Shown: positions 9,522 to 21,351 of the stretch, one piece after another
Layout: every line of letters begins with the position of its first letter
Position numbering within the stretch: the first letter of the stretch is position 1
Made by a program: the position numbers and the translations under genes
Notes under the pieces: generated by a model
Databases searched by the model: none
Told to the model about the DNA's origin: nothing
The model's input: only the letters and a program-made list of their open reading frames with translations
Virus record (IMG/VR): IMGVR_UViG_3300005530_000001
DNA: 63,225 nt
Reading direction: 5' to 3' (one strand)
Origin: an uncultured virus (IMG/VR IMGVR_UViG_3300005530_000001)
Lineage: Duplodnaviria > Heunggongvirae > Uroviricota > Caudoviricetes

Positions 9522-10252
9522 AAGATCCCGGGCACACGACGGCCTTCTGCCTGGGCTTCCGCAATTGGCACCTGGCGCATCTGGTCCGGTGCCTGCGGAG
9601 CATCCGGGCGCAGACCCCGTCGCCCATCGTGGTCTGTGACCTGGGCAGTGACGACGCCGTCATGCCCCGGCTGCGGGCGGCGGTGGCGGCGGTCGACGGG
9701 CGGCTGGTCACGGAGATCCAGCCTGAGTGGTCGCGCAGCCGGGCGCTCAATCAGGCCGCGGCGGGGGCGCCGCCCGACGTGCTCCGCTACGTGTTCACGG
9801 ATGCCGACATGCTCTTTCCGCGGGCGTGGTTCCTCGCCGCGGATCGCGTCGACCCCTTGCAGTTCTTCCTCACGCGGGCGCGGGATCTGTCGGAGAGCGC
9901 GACCGAGGCGCTCGACGGGCCGGTGACAGATGAGTGGCTCGCGACGCAGTCGGCGGTGCATCCCCAGGTGGGGCAGGGGGCCGCGATGGTGGTGCCCGCC
10001 GAGTGGTTCTGGAAGGTGGGCGGCTTCGATGAGTTCTACCAGGTGTGGGGCGCGGAGGATCAGGATCTGGTCGACCGCGCGACGTGGGATGGGCTCCCGG
10101 TGCAGTGGTTGCCGGAGGCCTGGGTCGTGCACCAGTGGCATCGGCGCGACTGGCCGACGCCCGCGCAGTTCGACGTGGTGAATCGCAACCGGGTGTACTA
10201 CCGCGCCCGTGGGGTCGCACGCGGCCCCATCGTGCGCAACAAGGAGGCGTGA
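9518..10252 (+). CDS. GT-A glycosyltransferase (GT2 / GT7C-like)
   Basis: VVCDLGSDD, SRSRALN, FTDADM (DxD), VGGFDEFYQVWGAEDQD, HQWH. Confidence 0.9.
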   Translation: MKDPGHTTAFCLGFRNWHLAHLVRCLRSIRAQTPSPIVVCDLGSDDAVMPRLRAAVAAVDGRLVTEIQPEWSRSRALNQAAAGAPPDVLRYVFTDADMLFPRAWFLAADRVDPLQFFLTRARDLSESATEALDGPVTDEWLATQSAVHPQVGQGAAMVVPAEWFWKVGGFDEFYQVWGAEDQDLVDRATWDGLPVQWLPEAWVVHQWHRRDWPTPAQFDVVNRNRVYYRARGVARGPIVRNKEA

Positions 10253-10492
10253 ATGGGCGGCAGCATGGCGGGGGCGGGACTCATGTCGTCGGCGGCGGCC
10301 AAGGAGATCGCGGCGGCGAAGGCGCAGATGCGGGTGTCGGCGGCCATCGCGCGCGGGATGAAGGCCATCGGGCGGGCGCTCGATCGGGAGTCGGCGAAGT
10401 TCCCCGAGCCCTCGCAGCGGGCGCGGTTTCTCAAGGCGGTGGCCGACGCAGCGATCGCGCACGCCGAGGCGACCGAGCCCGTCGGGCCGTGA
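10253..10492 (+). CDS. Hypothetical protein
   Basis: AAGGAGG RBS; coupled to the next gene. Confidence 0.55.
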   Translation: MGGSMAGAGLMSSAAAKEIAAAKAQMRVSAAIARGMKAIGRALDRESAKFPEPSQRARFLKAVADAAIAHAEATEPVGP

Positions 10493-10929
10493 AGGAAGTG
10501 ACGGGCGACCTCTGGGCCTATCATGCCCAGGGGGCGTGGGTGGTGATCACCACCAACGGCATCGTCGCGGCGCGGGGCACGGCGGTCATGGGGCGCGGGG
10601 TGGCGCAGCAGGCGGCGCAGCGGTTTCCGCTCCTGCCGCGCGCCTTGGCGATGAACCTCACGCAGAGCGGCAATCACGTCTATGCGTTTCCGTTCTGCCG
10701 CGTGATCACGTTCCCGGTGAAGGCACACTGGCGGGATCGCGCCGCGCCGGGGCTCATCCGGCAGAGCGTGAAGGAGTTGGTCGACCTGGTCGACGCGGGC
10801 GGCGGCGTCCCGCTGCCGGTCTATCTGGTCCGGCCGGGCTGCGGCAACGGCGGGCTCCGGTGGGCGGCGGTCAAGCCCCTGCTGGCGCCGCTCGATGACC
10901 GCTTCGTTGTGGTGGAGGAGACGCCATGA
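10489..10929 (+). CDS. Macrodomain (ADP-ribose binding/hydrolase) protein
   Basis: GDLW...ITTNG...VMGRGVAQQ...ITFPVKAHW...PGCGNGGLRW. Confidence 0.85.
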   Translation: MKEVTGDLWAYHAQGAWVVITTNGIVAARGTAVMGRGVAQQAAQRFPLLPRALAMNLTQSGNHVYAFPFCRVITFPVKAHWRDRAAPGLIRQSVKELVDLVDAGGGVPLPVYLVRPGCGNGGLRWAAVKPLLAPLDDRFVVVEETP

Positions 10930-13654
10930 AGCGTGCCCCCTTTCGGTTGCCCGATCCGTTGACGGCGCAGATCCAGGCCGGACTCACCGCGACCGGCCTC
11001 CCCGCGCTCGGGTACGGGCGGCTGTCGGAGATCTGCGAGGAGTGGTGGAACTGGGAGCCGCCCGACGGGCCCGCGTCGGCCTACGTCTACGGCGTGCTCG
11101 ATGCGCTCGACAAACTTCCGCCTGGACATTGACAATTCTCGTGCGGTCGACTACGCTCGGACGGACATGAGCGTCCGAGCCCTCTCGAAGCTGGCGCGGC
11201 GGGCCCGCGGCCGGTGGCGACGCGCGGAGATCGCCGAGATCGCGACCGCGGCCATCCTGGCGCGGCGTCCTCCGGCCTTGCACGATGGGCCGCGCAACGG
11301 GGCGGGGTGGGTGTCGCCGTCGCGGCGGCGGGCGATTGCGAGCCTGCTGCGGAAGGCGACCGCTGGGCTGGATGCGGGGCAGCCGCTCTACGACGTCAAG
11401 GCGCTCCTGGCCCGGGCGATCCGCGCACTGGAGGGGGCGTGATCACGTTCGCGGTGCGGCCGGGCACGTGTCAGTCCTGTGCCACGACGCACCTGTCGTG
11501 CACGCACTTCGGGGTCGGCCCGGCCTCGGGGCCGCGGGCGGCGCAGGTGGCGCTCTGCCCCGACTGCGTGACGGACCTCGGGCTGGCGATTGTCCACGGC
11601 ACGGTCTTCCGGCCGATCGGCGATGCGAAAAAGCGGGCGTGACGGGCGACGGCGCCCGCTCGTCTCTGCGCGGCCGAGCTTGCGGATGGAGCGGCTCTAC
11701 GCCCTCATCGTGACGGATGCCCGCGGCAAGGAGGGTGTGCTCCGCCGCGTGACGCCCTACGGGACGATGCCCTGGATCACGGATGACCGGACGCTGGTGC
11801 CGTCCATGGTGGCCGCGGCCCGGGAGAGCGACGCGGAGGCGCGGTTCGGTCCGATCCGGGTGGCGACCTTTCAGCGCAAGGAGATCTGATGGACGGCCTG
11901 TGGATGGATGAGCAGTCGGCGACGTGGCGCGCGGTGGTGGGGGTGGCGGGCTTGATCGTCCTGCTGCTGGTCGTGGGCGGGCTCGGCTCGCTCGTGCTGA
12001 CGGTTTGGTGATGCGCGCGCGGGTGACCTTTCTTGATACCTACGAGGGGCCGGGCTGTGGCACCAAGCGCGACGTGGAGGTGGAGGTGCCGCATCTGTCC
12101 CGGGCCCCGTTCGTGGCGCGGGCGGTGACCTCCGAGGTGGCGGACTCGCGGCGCTGGCACGTGCTGGCGGTGGCGGAACTGCGGGAGGAGACGGCATGAC
12201 CGGGGGGCGGACGCTGACGCCGCTGGGCTGGGTGGTGGTGGGGACGCTGGCGCTGGTGGGCGGCGTCGCGGGCTACTGGTTCGGGCTGCACTACCCGCGG
12301 CCGACCGCGGTGGTGACCGTCGTGGCGGGCTGCGGGTTCGGCCTGGCCCTGGTGCGCCGCGCGCGGTGATCGCCATCGCCGCGCTCCGGCTCAAGCCCGG
12401 GGACCCGGTCTGGTGGCGGGCGCGGGGGCAGGAACACACGGGGACGGTGGTGGAGATGCGCTACGTGGCGGGCAAGGTGATCCGGGTGCTGGTCGACGGC
12501 TACCGCGGGCGCGTGGCCATGAGCTACCGGCGCCTGCACCACGTCTCGGTCGCGGTGGCGGCCGAGCAGTTGGAGATGCCCGAGATGCAGCACGCCCCCG
12601 GGCGGCTGCTGAAATTGGAGATGCCGCCGGTCCAGGCGCGGGCCGTCCCGCCCCCGGCGCCGGTCGAACAGGAGGGCCTCTTTCGATGCTGAGGGCGTGT
12701 GCCGCGACCGCCTGTCCGCTGCTCGTCAAGCCCGCGCGGTTCATGTGCCCGCGCCACTGGCGCCTGCTGCCCCCGCCCCTCCAGCAGTGGCTCTGGTCGA
12801 CCTTCCGCCCGGGCCAGCCGCCCAGTCCCGCCTATGGCCGGGCGGCCCTGGAGGCCATTCGGCTCGTGGCCCGGCTGGAGCAGCGGACCCCCGACCCGGC
12901 CCGGTTCGAGCCCGCCCGGCCCCCCGCCCGCCGCATCGCCCGGCGCCGCGTCGTCTGCGGGGCCTGCGGCGAGCAGGGGCACAACCGGCTCCGCCATCGG
13001 ACCGCGGAGGCGTGATGCGCTGGCCCCGCGTCTCCCACAGAATGAACGGTCATTCACCCCTAATGGAGCCCAACATGAAGACAGCGATCTCTTGGGCGGC
13101 GGCGGTCCTGGGTGGGCTCGGCGTGGTGGGCCTGGCCCTGGGCTGCTGGTGGCGGTGGACGGGGCGAGCGCCTTGGAGCCCGCCGGACCGGGGGCGGGAC
13201 TGATGAGTCAGTCCCCCGACTTGATGGGCGTGGCCGACCTCTCGATCGTCTTCGATCTGCTGGAGGATTTGCGCGCGGCGTGGGAGCAGATCCTGAACGA
13301 CTACGCCCGCCAGCATGCCCTGGCCACCGAGCGCGGCGGGGTTCGCTACGTCGACTCCATGATGGCCGTGCACAACTTCCACAAGCTGGCGCTCGACCAC
13401 ATCGTGGCGGAGGCGGCGATGACCGGCGAGCCCGCGGCTCAGTTCTACCTGGGGGCAGGCGAGACCTTCATGATGGCGATGCGGGCTCGGGCCGAAGAGA
13501 TGCGCACGGGGCGGCGGGCGGGGTCGCGCCCGGAGGACCCGTGATGGACGGCCCCCGGGCGCCCATCGCGGACGAGGGCTGGCAGACGCATATCGCCCGG
13601 CTGCGGGCGATCGCTGGGGATGCGGGGCACGATCTCCCGCGGGAGGGGAGCTAA
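10926..13654 (+). CDS. Run of small coupled hypothetical ORFs (10926-11132, 11167-11442, 11439-11642 Zn-finger, ~11623-11889, 11889-12011 membrane, 12011-12199, 12196-12369 membrane, 12366-12692, 12686-13015 Zn-finger, ~13075-13203, 13203-13544, 13544-13654)
   Basis: Consecutive ATGA/GTGA/TGATG overlaps; CxxC pairs; hydrophobic stretches. Confidence 0.55.
11129..11157 (+). promoter_or_regulatory. Putative sigma70-type promoter
   Basis: TTGACA, 17-nt spacer, TACGCT; ATG at 11167. Confidence 0.5.
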
Positions 13655-13666
13655 GGGAGGCGGGCG

Positions 13667-16600
13667 ATGAGTGAGATGAGTGAGCGCGTGGAGGAGATCA
13701 GGCGGAGATGGGAGCGGCTTGACCTACGTAAGCCGAATGGACCAGCGACGGCGCAGACCGACGTGATGTACTTGCTCGCCGCCCTCGCACAGGCCGAGCG
13801 GGAGCGGGATGACTACCATGCGCTCTACATGGAGTACGTCGAGCGCAAGCAGGGGCTTGAGTGCCAACTCGACGCAGCGCGGGCGGAGGTGGAACGGCTG
13901 AAGAACAGCGTGGTGATTCCAGCATCAGCGGAGCAGTTGAACAATCAGCGCGATCAGATTCAGGAGCTAACTCAGCGGGCTACTGACGCCGAAGCCCGCA
14001 CCCGCGCGCTGGAGGCGGCGTTGGCCTTCATCCCTGAACAAGTACGTGTGGCCTTCATTCCGTCAGAGATGCGCGTCGCCCTCCCCGAGCCCCCGCCGCC
14101 AGCGGCAGCATGAACGGGCCAGCGTGGCTCTGCGCGCAGTACGGCCACCAGTGGGAGGACGCGGACGTGCGCATCGCGCTGGCCGGTGTGCGCCTCCTGT
14201 TCATGTACTGCACGCGGTGCCGCGTGCTCGGGCTGCCTGAGGCCGCACCGAGGGAGGCGGGGCATGAGCGATAATGAGCGGCTGCTGCTGGAGAAGTTCA
14301 GTGATCTGCTGACGGGAGGGGACGCTGGGACGTGGGACCAGATCGAGCACGCGATCGCCACCCTCACCGCCGAGGCCGCGTCGCTGCGAGCGGAGAACGA
14401 GCGGCTGCGGGCCCAGTCGGAGCGGCCGAAGTGTATGTACTGCACCTTCGGCGAGGACGCGGACTTCACGGTGGATGATCTCAAGCAGCACATCGAGAAC
14501 GAGTGCGACTTCCACCCGCTCCGCAAGCTGCGGAGGGAGATCCTCGCGGCGCTCCCGAAGTGCAGCACCGACGCCACCGATTTCCAGAGCGCCAAGCTGG
14601 AGGCCGCAGCTTGGCGGCTCCTCGCTCGCGAGGTCTGGAGCGCCCTGCTCGACTTTCGTTCGCAGGTTCTCCGGTACACGGTGCCGCCGGATGCTCGATA
14701 TATCTGGGCCCTGAATCGCATTGACCGCCTGATCCAGGATCACGATGCCGCCCTCACCGAGCCCACGCAAGCCCTGCGCCGCGCCCCGGCGGACGACGCG
14801 GGGCAGGAGAGGGAAGCTCGTGGCACGCATTAACGGACCGAAGATGAAGCGACTGGAAGGCTGGGTGTTCCTCCGCTCTGGTGCTGAGCGGACGAACTAC
14901 GGCGAGATTCGCTATCGCCTTGAGGGTGACACGCCGATGACCGATACGCGGTTCTTTGAGATCGGCTGGACGCGGGCGCCCTGGCTCGATAGCCCCCGCC
15001 AACTCAACTGGCCCGAGCACCCCACGCCGCCAGCGGGAGGGCAGGGATGAAGCGCAAGGCCGACCTCCAGCGAGAATATGAGTATGCCTGTGGAATGGTC
15101 TATCGGTTCCCGCTGGGCGATCTGCAAAACGCGTTCTGGATCGGCTACCGCGATGCACTTCACACGGTGCTCGACTCGCGGCGGCTCATGCTGTGTGATC
15201 GCCCCACACCCCCAGCGCCGGGCGGCGGCAGCGAGGAGGCGAGCAATGAACCGACCTGACTGGGAGACCGTGTGCGATGCGAGCCCGGATCGCAAGCACT
15301 GTGCTCACTGGTACGACGATGGCCCCTGCTGCTACTGCCACGATGAGGGCGGCGGCAGCGAGGAGGGCGGGACGTGAGTGACAAGGAGATGATTGCTGAA
15401 CTCGCTCAGGCTCTTGAGTACCTGAACGACTGGCACGGGCGCAAGTGCGGCAGCGGCAAGGAGTGTAAGGTCTACCGGGATAACGCGGAGCTTGTTATGA
15501 AGGCGCGCAGCCGATGAACAACCCTCGGCCCGAGCTAGAGGCGGAGGCCCGAATTCTACGTGTCAAGGAGTTCGTGGAGCGATTGCCGATGCGTCTGGAA
15601 GGCCGAGGCGAGAACGTCGTGATCGCCATACTCGGGCTGCTTGATCGCGAGACGGCCACCGCCCACGCCCGTGGGCGCGCGGAGGGCCTGGACATGAAGA
15701 ACGCGCTAGAGATGCTCCTGGCCTCCTGTGAACGACTCCAGGCCGACATGGGTGGAACACCGGGGACCACGGATTGCACGGGGCTACTGACGACATGGGA
15801 CCCTCGGGAGCCAACGATCTACTATCTCGAACGCAACATGCAGTGGGCGCGTGAAGCTCTCGCAAAGGTAGACGAGCCCAGGGGCGGAAATGGGTGAGCA
15901 TCGCCATCAGTGGGGGCCTTGGCTTGTCGGGAAATGTGGGACGCGCCCAGGGCTCTGCACGACAAACGCGTGCCGTACCCGCAAGCGACTATGCACGAAT
16001 GGCTGGTGTCCGAAGGGCCAATTCCGCAACGGACGCATCTTCAATGCTCGCCCCGAGAGAACCAGCCGATGACCACCCCTCGGCCCGAGCTAGAGGCGGA
16101 GGCCAAGATGGGAATGACTGAAGAGCAGCGCACGGAACTCTGGTCGATCATGAATCGCTACAACTCGCCGCCGTATGGAGCCGTCCGCGCCATGGTCGAT
16201 CAATGGTTGGCCACCGCCCACGCCCGGGGGCGCGCGGAGGGCTTGGATCAAGCGCAGGACGCAGCGGAATCGTTCATCACCTTCAAGCAACCGGGCGATT
16301 CCGTGGATACGCGAACGATTCACACGAATGCCACAGCATCCGCCATCGCCGCCGCCATCCGCGCCCTCGGCGGCCCGCGGGGGGAAAGGTGAGCGGCATG
16401 CTGGATGTCCAGGATGTCCTGCGGCGCCTGTGTGCGCTCCAGCGTGAGGTCTGCGACGCGATCGGCTATGATGAGCCCGCCGACTGCTTCTGTCGCCAGG
16501 GCGGATTCTGGAAGATGAAAGACTACGGCGACACCTACGCGAAGGGATACCGCAATGCGGGGCGGGCGCTAGCGTTTATCGAAGCCGCTGTGCGGGCGGC

Positions 16601-17984
16601 CTTGCGGCACAATCCGGCGCCCGTCCCGCCTGCCCCGACACCGGGCTGGGCCCAGCGCCAGATTGAGAACTCGAATCGGAATGTGCGGGAGTGGCCGGAG
16701 TGGATGCGTCGCGCCGCGGGCCTCGCCGCGCCCACTGTTCACGCGATGACGTCCGATCCGCCCCACGACAGCATCGTCGCCGACTGGCTGCTGCGCTGGG
16801 GCGGGCGCGTCTCGACGCTGAATCCCGAGGCGTTTCTCGACCTCATGGCCCGCATCGACGCGGCGGTCGCCGCCGCCCGCGCCCAGGGGAAGGCGGAGAT
16901 GGCCACGGCGGCGCTCGCGCTGCCCCGCTATAACTGCGACTGCTTGCCCAGCGGGCCAGACGGGCACCCGAGCGATGAGCCGGACTCGATCTATACGGAA
17001 CGGGACGTCATCTTGCTCGAAGACCTCAAGCATCTCGCGGCGGGGCCCCCATGTGCCTGATTGACCTGGAGCCGTGCGAGGTCTGGGAGGAGCGCCTCTA
17101 CCGGGCCCGGATTCCGCATACCTGTAACTGCTGTCGCCGCGCGATCCGCCCCGGACTGCGCTACATGCAGGTGTTCATGGTGTTCGAGGGCGAGGCGAAT
17201 ACCGAGCGGTGCTGCCTGCCCTGCTGGCGCGCCAACGGGATCTTCGCCGACGCGCACGAGGGCATGCGCTGCACACCGTCCTCGTTCGTGGACGCCCTGC
17301 ACGAGTGCATCGATGAGAACGAGCCCGGCGTGGGCCAGTGGAAGCGGATGCTCCGGCGCATCCGGGCCCGCGCCCCCGAGGTGATGCCATGAGCACGGAG
17401 CGACGCGCGATGACGCGACAAGCGTTCTACGTCAAGTGGGGCATCCCGGCCTCCGTCGAGATGCGCGACGATCTGATCGCGGCCCTGGCTGTCGAGGCGC
17501 CCGGCGGTGATCTGCCTGCTGAGCGACCCGAGGCCTCCCCCAGCGCGGGGGCGTGATCGTGAACGTGAGCCGAAAGACCGAACTCGCAGACCAGATCGGG
17601 CGGTTGCGCGCCGAGCTACAGGCGATCACCGACGCCGAAGAGGAGGTCCGCCAGCGCCAGTTGGTGGGGCGCGCGTTCCGCTACCGCAACTGCTACTCGC
17701 TCCCGGAGAGTGAGTCGGACTACTGGTGGTCCTATCGCCTCGTCCTCTCGACGGACGCGGTCCTGGCGTTCGACGTAGACTGCCACGGCAAGATCTCGGT
17801 CGAACGGGACACGCGCGTGGCGACCCTGCTGATGCTGATGGCCCCGATGCCGGGCCTGGGAGAGGGCTGGCAGGAGATCAGCCGCGCGGATCTGGACCGG
17901 GCCTGGACGAGCCTGATGGAGCGCCTGCGGGCCCTCGCGCCCGTCGTCGGCCACTACCCGTCGGGCCCGCCGACCCGGACGTAG
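13667..17984 (+). CDS. Second run of small accessory ORFs (13667-14113 coiled coil, 14264-14833, 14820-15050, 15047-15259, 15246-15377, 15374-15517, 15514-15897, 15890-16072, 16069-16392, 16389-17060, 17051-17392 Zn-finger, 17389-17556, 17553-17984)
   Basis: Stop/start coupling, RBS motifs, several Cys-rich proteins. Confidence 0.55.
15522..16104 (+). repeat. 28-bp direct repeat at the 5' ends of two accessory genes (15522-15549 and 16077-16104)
   Basis: CCCTCGGCCCGAGCTAGAGGCGGAGGCC in both; both genes also share ATAHARGRAEGLD. Confidence 0.85.
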
Positions 17985-17999
17985 CCAGCCCGCAGTAGA

Positions 18000-18045
18000 T
18001 AGGAAACGATTTTCCTAGGTAGATTCCCGATCCCTCGGCTATGAT
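18000..18045 (+). promoter_or_regulatory. Palindromic operator-like site and -10-like box
   Basis: TAGGAAA-CGAT-TTTCCTA perfect inverted repeat (18000-18017); TATGAT (18040-18045) in an AT-rich gap. Confidence 0.5.
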
Positions 18046-18053
18046 CCGCCGCG

Positions 18054-18646
18054 ATGGCTGGGGAGCCCACCACCGCGACTGCCGCTCGCAAGCCCCTCGG
18101 TGACGCCGCCGTCTCGGCGATCCGCGACCAGATCCTCCTCCTCATCGCGACGGACCCAGAAGTGCGGGAACGCATGGCCGCCGTGCTCGTGGAGGCCCGG
18201 CCGCTGGAACTGGGGGCCGCGGAGGCCGAGCAGATCCTCGACCTGGTGGTGAAGAAGATCGGCCCCCTGCTCGACAAGCAGATCGAGACCATGGTGCGCA
18301 GCCTGGTCCGCCCGGACTACCTGCTGCGCCCGCATCTCCGCCCGGAAGACGTCCAGTCCCCGCGCAAGCCGTGACCCCTGTCGGTCTGCCGAACTGGGTC
18401 CGCAAGCACCTGCACCCCTGCCCGACCCCGGGCTGTGATCGGCAGACGGCGGGCGCGCAGCGGTGCATCCACTGCCAGCGGCGCGGCCGGGCGCTCACCC
18501 GCGCCGAGGCCATCGAGGCCGGGCGCCAGGGCAACGCGGTGCTCGACGCGACGATCAACCGCGGGATCGGCAACCGGGCCCGGGCCCTCAGCGTCATTAG
18601 TCGCGGCATGACCAAGCGCATTCAGCGCCGGAGCGCGCGGCCCTGA
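18054..18646 (+). CDS. Two hypothetical proteins (18054-18374; 18371-18646 Zn-finger)
   Basis: Coupled ORFs; CPTPGC...CIHC. Confidence 0.55.
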
Positions 18647-18657
18647 CGCGCGCCCGG

Positions 18658-19632
18658 GTGCTCGTGCTCGCCGACGAGCCGGGCTGGGCCTGGGAACGCA
18701 AGGCGGCGAGCTATCGGCACTGGTTGAGCGGGTCCTTCGACATCACCGTGGGCTTCCATCTGGCGCCGCCCGACTTCAGCCAGTTCGACCTCGTGCATCT
18801 CTTCGAGGTCACACAGACCGCGTTCCTCGATCGCTATCCCGAGCGGCGGTTCCGCGCCGTGGCCGGGCTCACCGCGCACGTGTGGCAGACGTGGGGCCCG
18901 GAGCGGATGCACGCCTGGGCCCGCAAGGTCGACGCCCTGCACGGCAACAGCCTGCTGCTCTACCACGAACTGCTCCCGTTCCATCCGCACGTCTACTACA
19001 CGCCCAACGGGGTCGACCCCGAGTTCTTCAAGCGCACCTCGCGCATGCCCTCGGACGTGACCTTCGCGCACGTGGGCAAGCCCAACCCGCGCAAGGGCGC
19101 CGAGCAGATCATCCGCGCCGCGCGCCTGGCGGGCGCGCCGCTCAAGCTGATCCAGCGCACGTCCAAGCTCGCCTACTCCGCGCTCGACATGGCCCGCTTC
19201 TACCAGGGTGTGACCGTGATGGTGACGGGCTCGAACATGGACGGCACGCCGAACCCCATGCTGGAGGCCGCGGCCTGCGAGTGTGCGCTCCTCTCCACGC
19301 CGATCGGCAACATGCCGGAAGTCATCCGCTGCGGCTGCTCGGCCTGCAACCGGCCGCACCCGAACGGCTTTCTCACGAAGACGGCGCTGCCCGTGGTCCC
19401 CGGGCCCGCGAAGGCGCCGCTGCCGATGACGCCCGAGTTCGCGGCCGAGGTGCAGCAGGGGCAGGAGCGATTGGTGGAGGAGTTCGCCGAGCGCATGGGC
19501 TGGATGCTCCGCCACAAGGCCGAGGTCCTGGCCATGGGGCAGGAGGCCCGGCGCACGATCCTCGCCGACTGGACGTGGGAGCGGCAGGTCGGGCACGTGG
19601 CCGCGATGTGGCGCGCGGTGCTGGATGGATGA
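18658..19632 (+). CDS. GT-B glycosyltransferase (GT4-like)
   Basis: TPNGVDPEFF, RKGAE, DGTPNPMLEAAAC, STPIGNMPEVI, WTWE. Confidence 0.85.
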   Translation: MLVLADEPGWAWERKAASYRHWLSGSFDITVGFHLAPPDFSQFDLVHLFEVTQTAFLDRYPERRFRAVAGLTAHVWQTWGPERMHAWARKVDALHGNSLLLYHELLPFHPHVYYTPNGVDPEFFKRTSRMPSDVTFAHVGKPNPRKGAEQIIRAARLAGAPLKLIQRTSKLAYSALDMARFYQGVTVMVTGSNMDGTPNPMLEAAACECALLSTPIGNMPEVIRCGCSACNRPHPNGFLTKTALPVVPGPAKAPLPMTPEFAAEVQQGQERLVEEFAERMGWMLRHKAEVLAMGQEARRTILADWTWERQVGHVAAMWRAVLDG

Positions 19633-20300
19633 CCGCCAGGCCCTGCGCGCGCAGCGGGATCTGATCCTGGCCGCGGCCAAGCGGCTGCTGCCGAAGTGCC
19701 AGGCGCTGCGCGTGGTGCGCCACGAAGACGGCCACTCGTGGTTCGTGGAGGACCCGGAGAGCAAGCTCTGGTGGGAGGCGCGGCCGGGCGAGGGGCGGCG
19801 GTTCGAGGCCGTGGTCTTCTTTCCCATCGTGTGGCGACCCGGTGCGACGCCCCGCACGCCGGAGCAGACGCTGACGGATGAAGACGCGGGCGACTTCACG
19901 GAGGGCTGGTGAATGGAGCGGATGCCGGTGCAATGCGGGCACTGCTACGCCATGGTCATGTGCACGGTCCAGGCGGAGCAGATGGGCGAGTGCGACGGCT
20001 GCGAGGCCCTGCACGTCGCGGCGGCGCTGCTCGGCGCCTGTAAGCGGTGCGGCCAGGAGGTCAACAGCGTGATTCAGTTCAGTCTGCACCCAGAACCGGA
20101 GGCCGTCTGTGAATAGCCCAATGCTCCGCGTGCGCGCGACGCAGGCCTATCCTTGTCGGCACGCCTGCCATACGAGCGACGCCCCGTACAGCCATCTCAA
20201 GCCCTGCTGCCACTACTGCGAGATCTGCGACGACCAGGTGGTGCTCTGCCCGCACGACGTCGACCGGCCGCTGCCCCGGATGAGCACGCATGCCGCGTAA
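19625..20300 (+). CDS. Three small ORFs (19625-19912; 19913-20116 and 20109-20300 Cys-rich)
   Basis: Coupled ORFs with CxxC motifs. Confidence 0.5.
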
Positions 20301-21351
20301 GCGCGTTCTGATCACGGGCGGCCTGGGCTTCCAGGGCTTCCATCTCGCGACGAAGCTGCTGGCCACCGACCACGAGGTCACGGTGCTGAACACGCCGAGC
20401 CCCCGGGCCTCGCGGCTGGCGAGCCTGCTGCCGTGGAACGGGGTCCGCGATCCGAACCTCCACGTGGTCTATGGCTCCGTCGCCGACATGGAGATCCTGG
20501 AGAAGACGCTGCCCGAGCAGCACGCCGTCGTGCACATGGCGGCCTGGGCCAGCGTGGACGTGAGTCTCGATCGCCCGTGGCCGCCGTTCGAGATCAACGC
20601 CCAGGGGACCTACGCGCTCCTCGACGGCCTCCGGCGGATGAACCCCGAGGCGCGCGTGGTGGTGGCCAGCAGTTGCGAGGTGTACGGGCCTGCCAACCAG
20701 ACGCGCGAGAGCACGCATGTGCCGCCCGAGGATGGGAGCTACCCAACCGCGGAGAACGTGCGCTTCATTCCGGCAGGCACCCCGATGCCCCAGCACGAGG
20801 AGTGGCCGCTGATGCCGCGCTCGCCCTACGCGGCTACGAAGATCGCCACCGATCGCTTCGCCTACGCCTTCGCCGTCACCTACAACCTGCGGCTGACGAT
20901 CCTCCGGCCCTGCAACGTCTACGGGCCCCATCAGCGGTCCGGGGCCCAGGGCGCGGTGATCCCCACCTTCGTCAAGGCCGCCCTCCGCGGCTATCCGCTC
21001 GTCATCACGGGCGGCGGCCAGCAGTTCCGGGAGTTCCTGCACGTGACGGATCTGGTCGACGCCTACGTCGCCACGCTGGAGACGGAGACGCCGCCGGGCG
21101 AGACGTTCAATGTGGGCAGCGGCGAGACGGCCACGATCCAGAGCTTGGCGGAAGGGATCGCCGCCCGCACGACGTCGGGCCGCCATCCGGTGCAGATCAT
21201 CTACGGCAGCAAGCGCGTGGCCGACGTGTCCGGGTTCCTGCTCGACTCCGCGAAGTTCCGCATGCGGTTCGGCTGGAAGCCGGACACCACGCTGGCGGCC
21301 GGGCTCGATGCCTATGTCACCTGGGCCACGCACCACCTCGATCAGCTATGA
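20290..21351 (+). CDS. NDP-sugar 4,6-dehydratase / epimerase (RmlB-like extended SDR)
   Basis: ITGGLGFQG, HMAA, SSCEVYG, SPYAATK, RPCNVYGP, REFLHVTD, FNVGSG. Confidence 0.9.
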   Translation: MPRKRVLITGGLGFQGFHLATKLLATDHEVTVLNTPSPRASRLASLLPWNGVRDPNLHVVYGSVADMEILEKTLPEQHAVVHMAAWASVDVSLDRPWPPFEINAQGTYALLDGLRRMNPEARVVVASSCEVYGPANQTRESTHVPPEDGSYPTAENVRFIPAGTPMPQHEEWPLMPRSPYAATKIATDRFAYAFAVTYNLRLTILRPCNVYGPHQRSGAQGAVIPTFVKAALRGYPLVITGGGQQFREFLHVTDLVDAYVATLETETPPGETFNVGSGETATIQSLAEGIAARTTSGRHPVQIIYGSKRVADVSGFLLDSAKFRMRFGWKPDTTLAAGLDAYVTWATHHLDQL

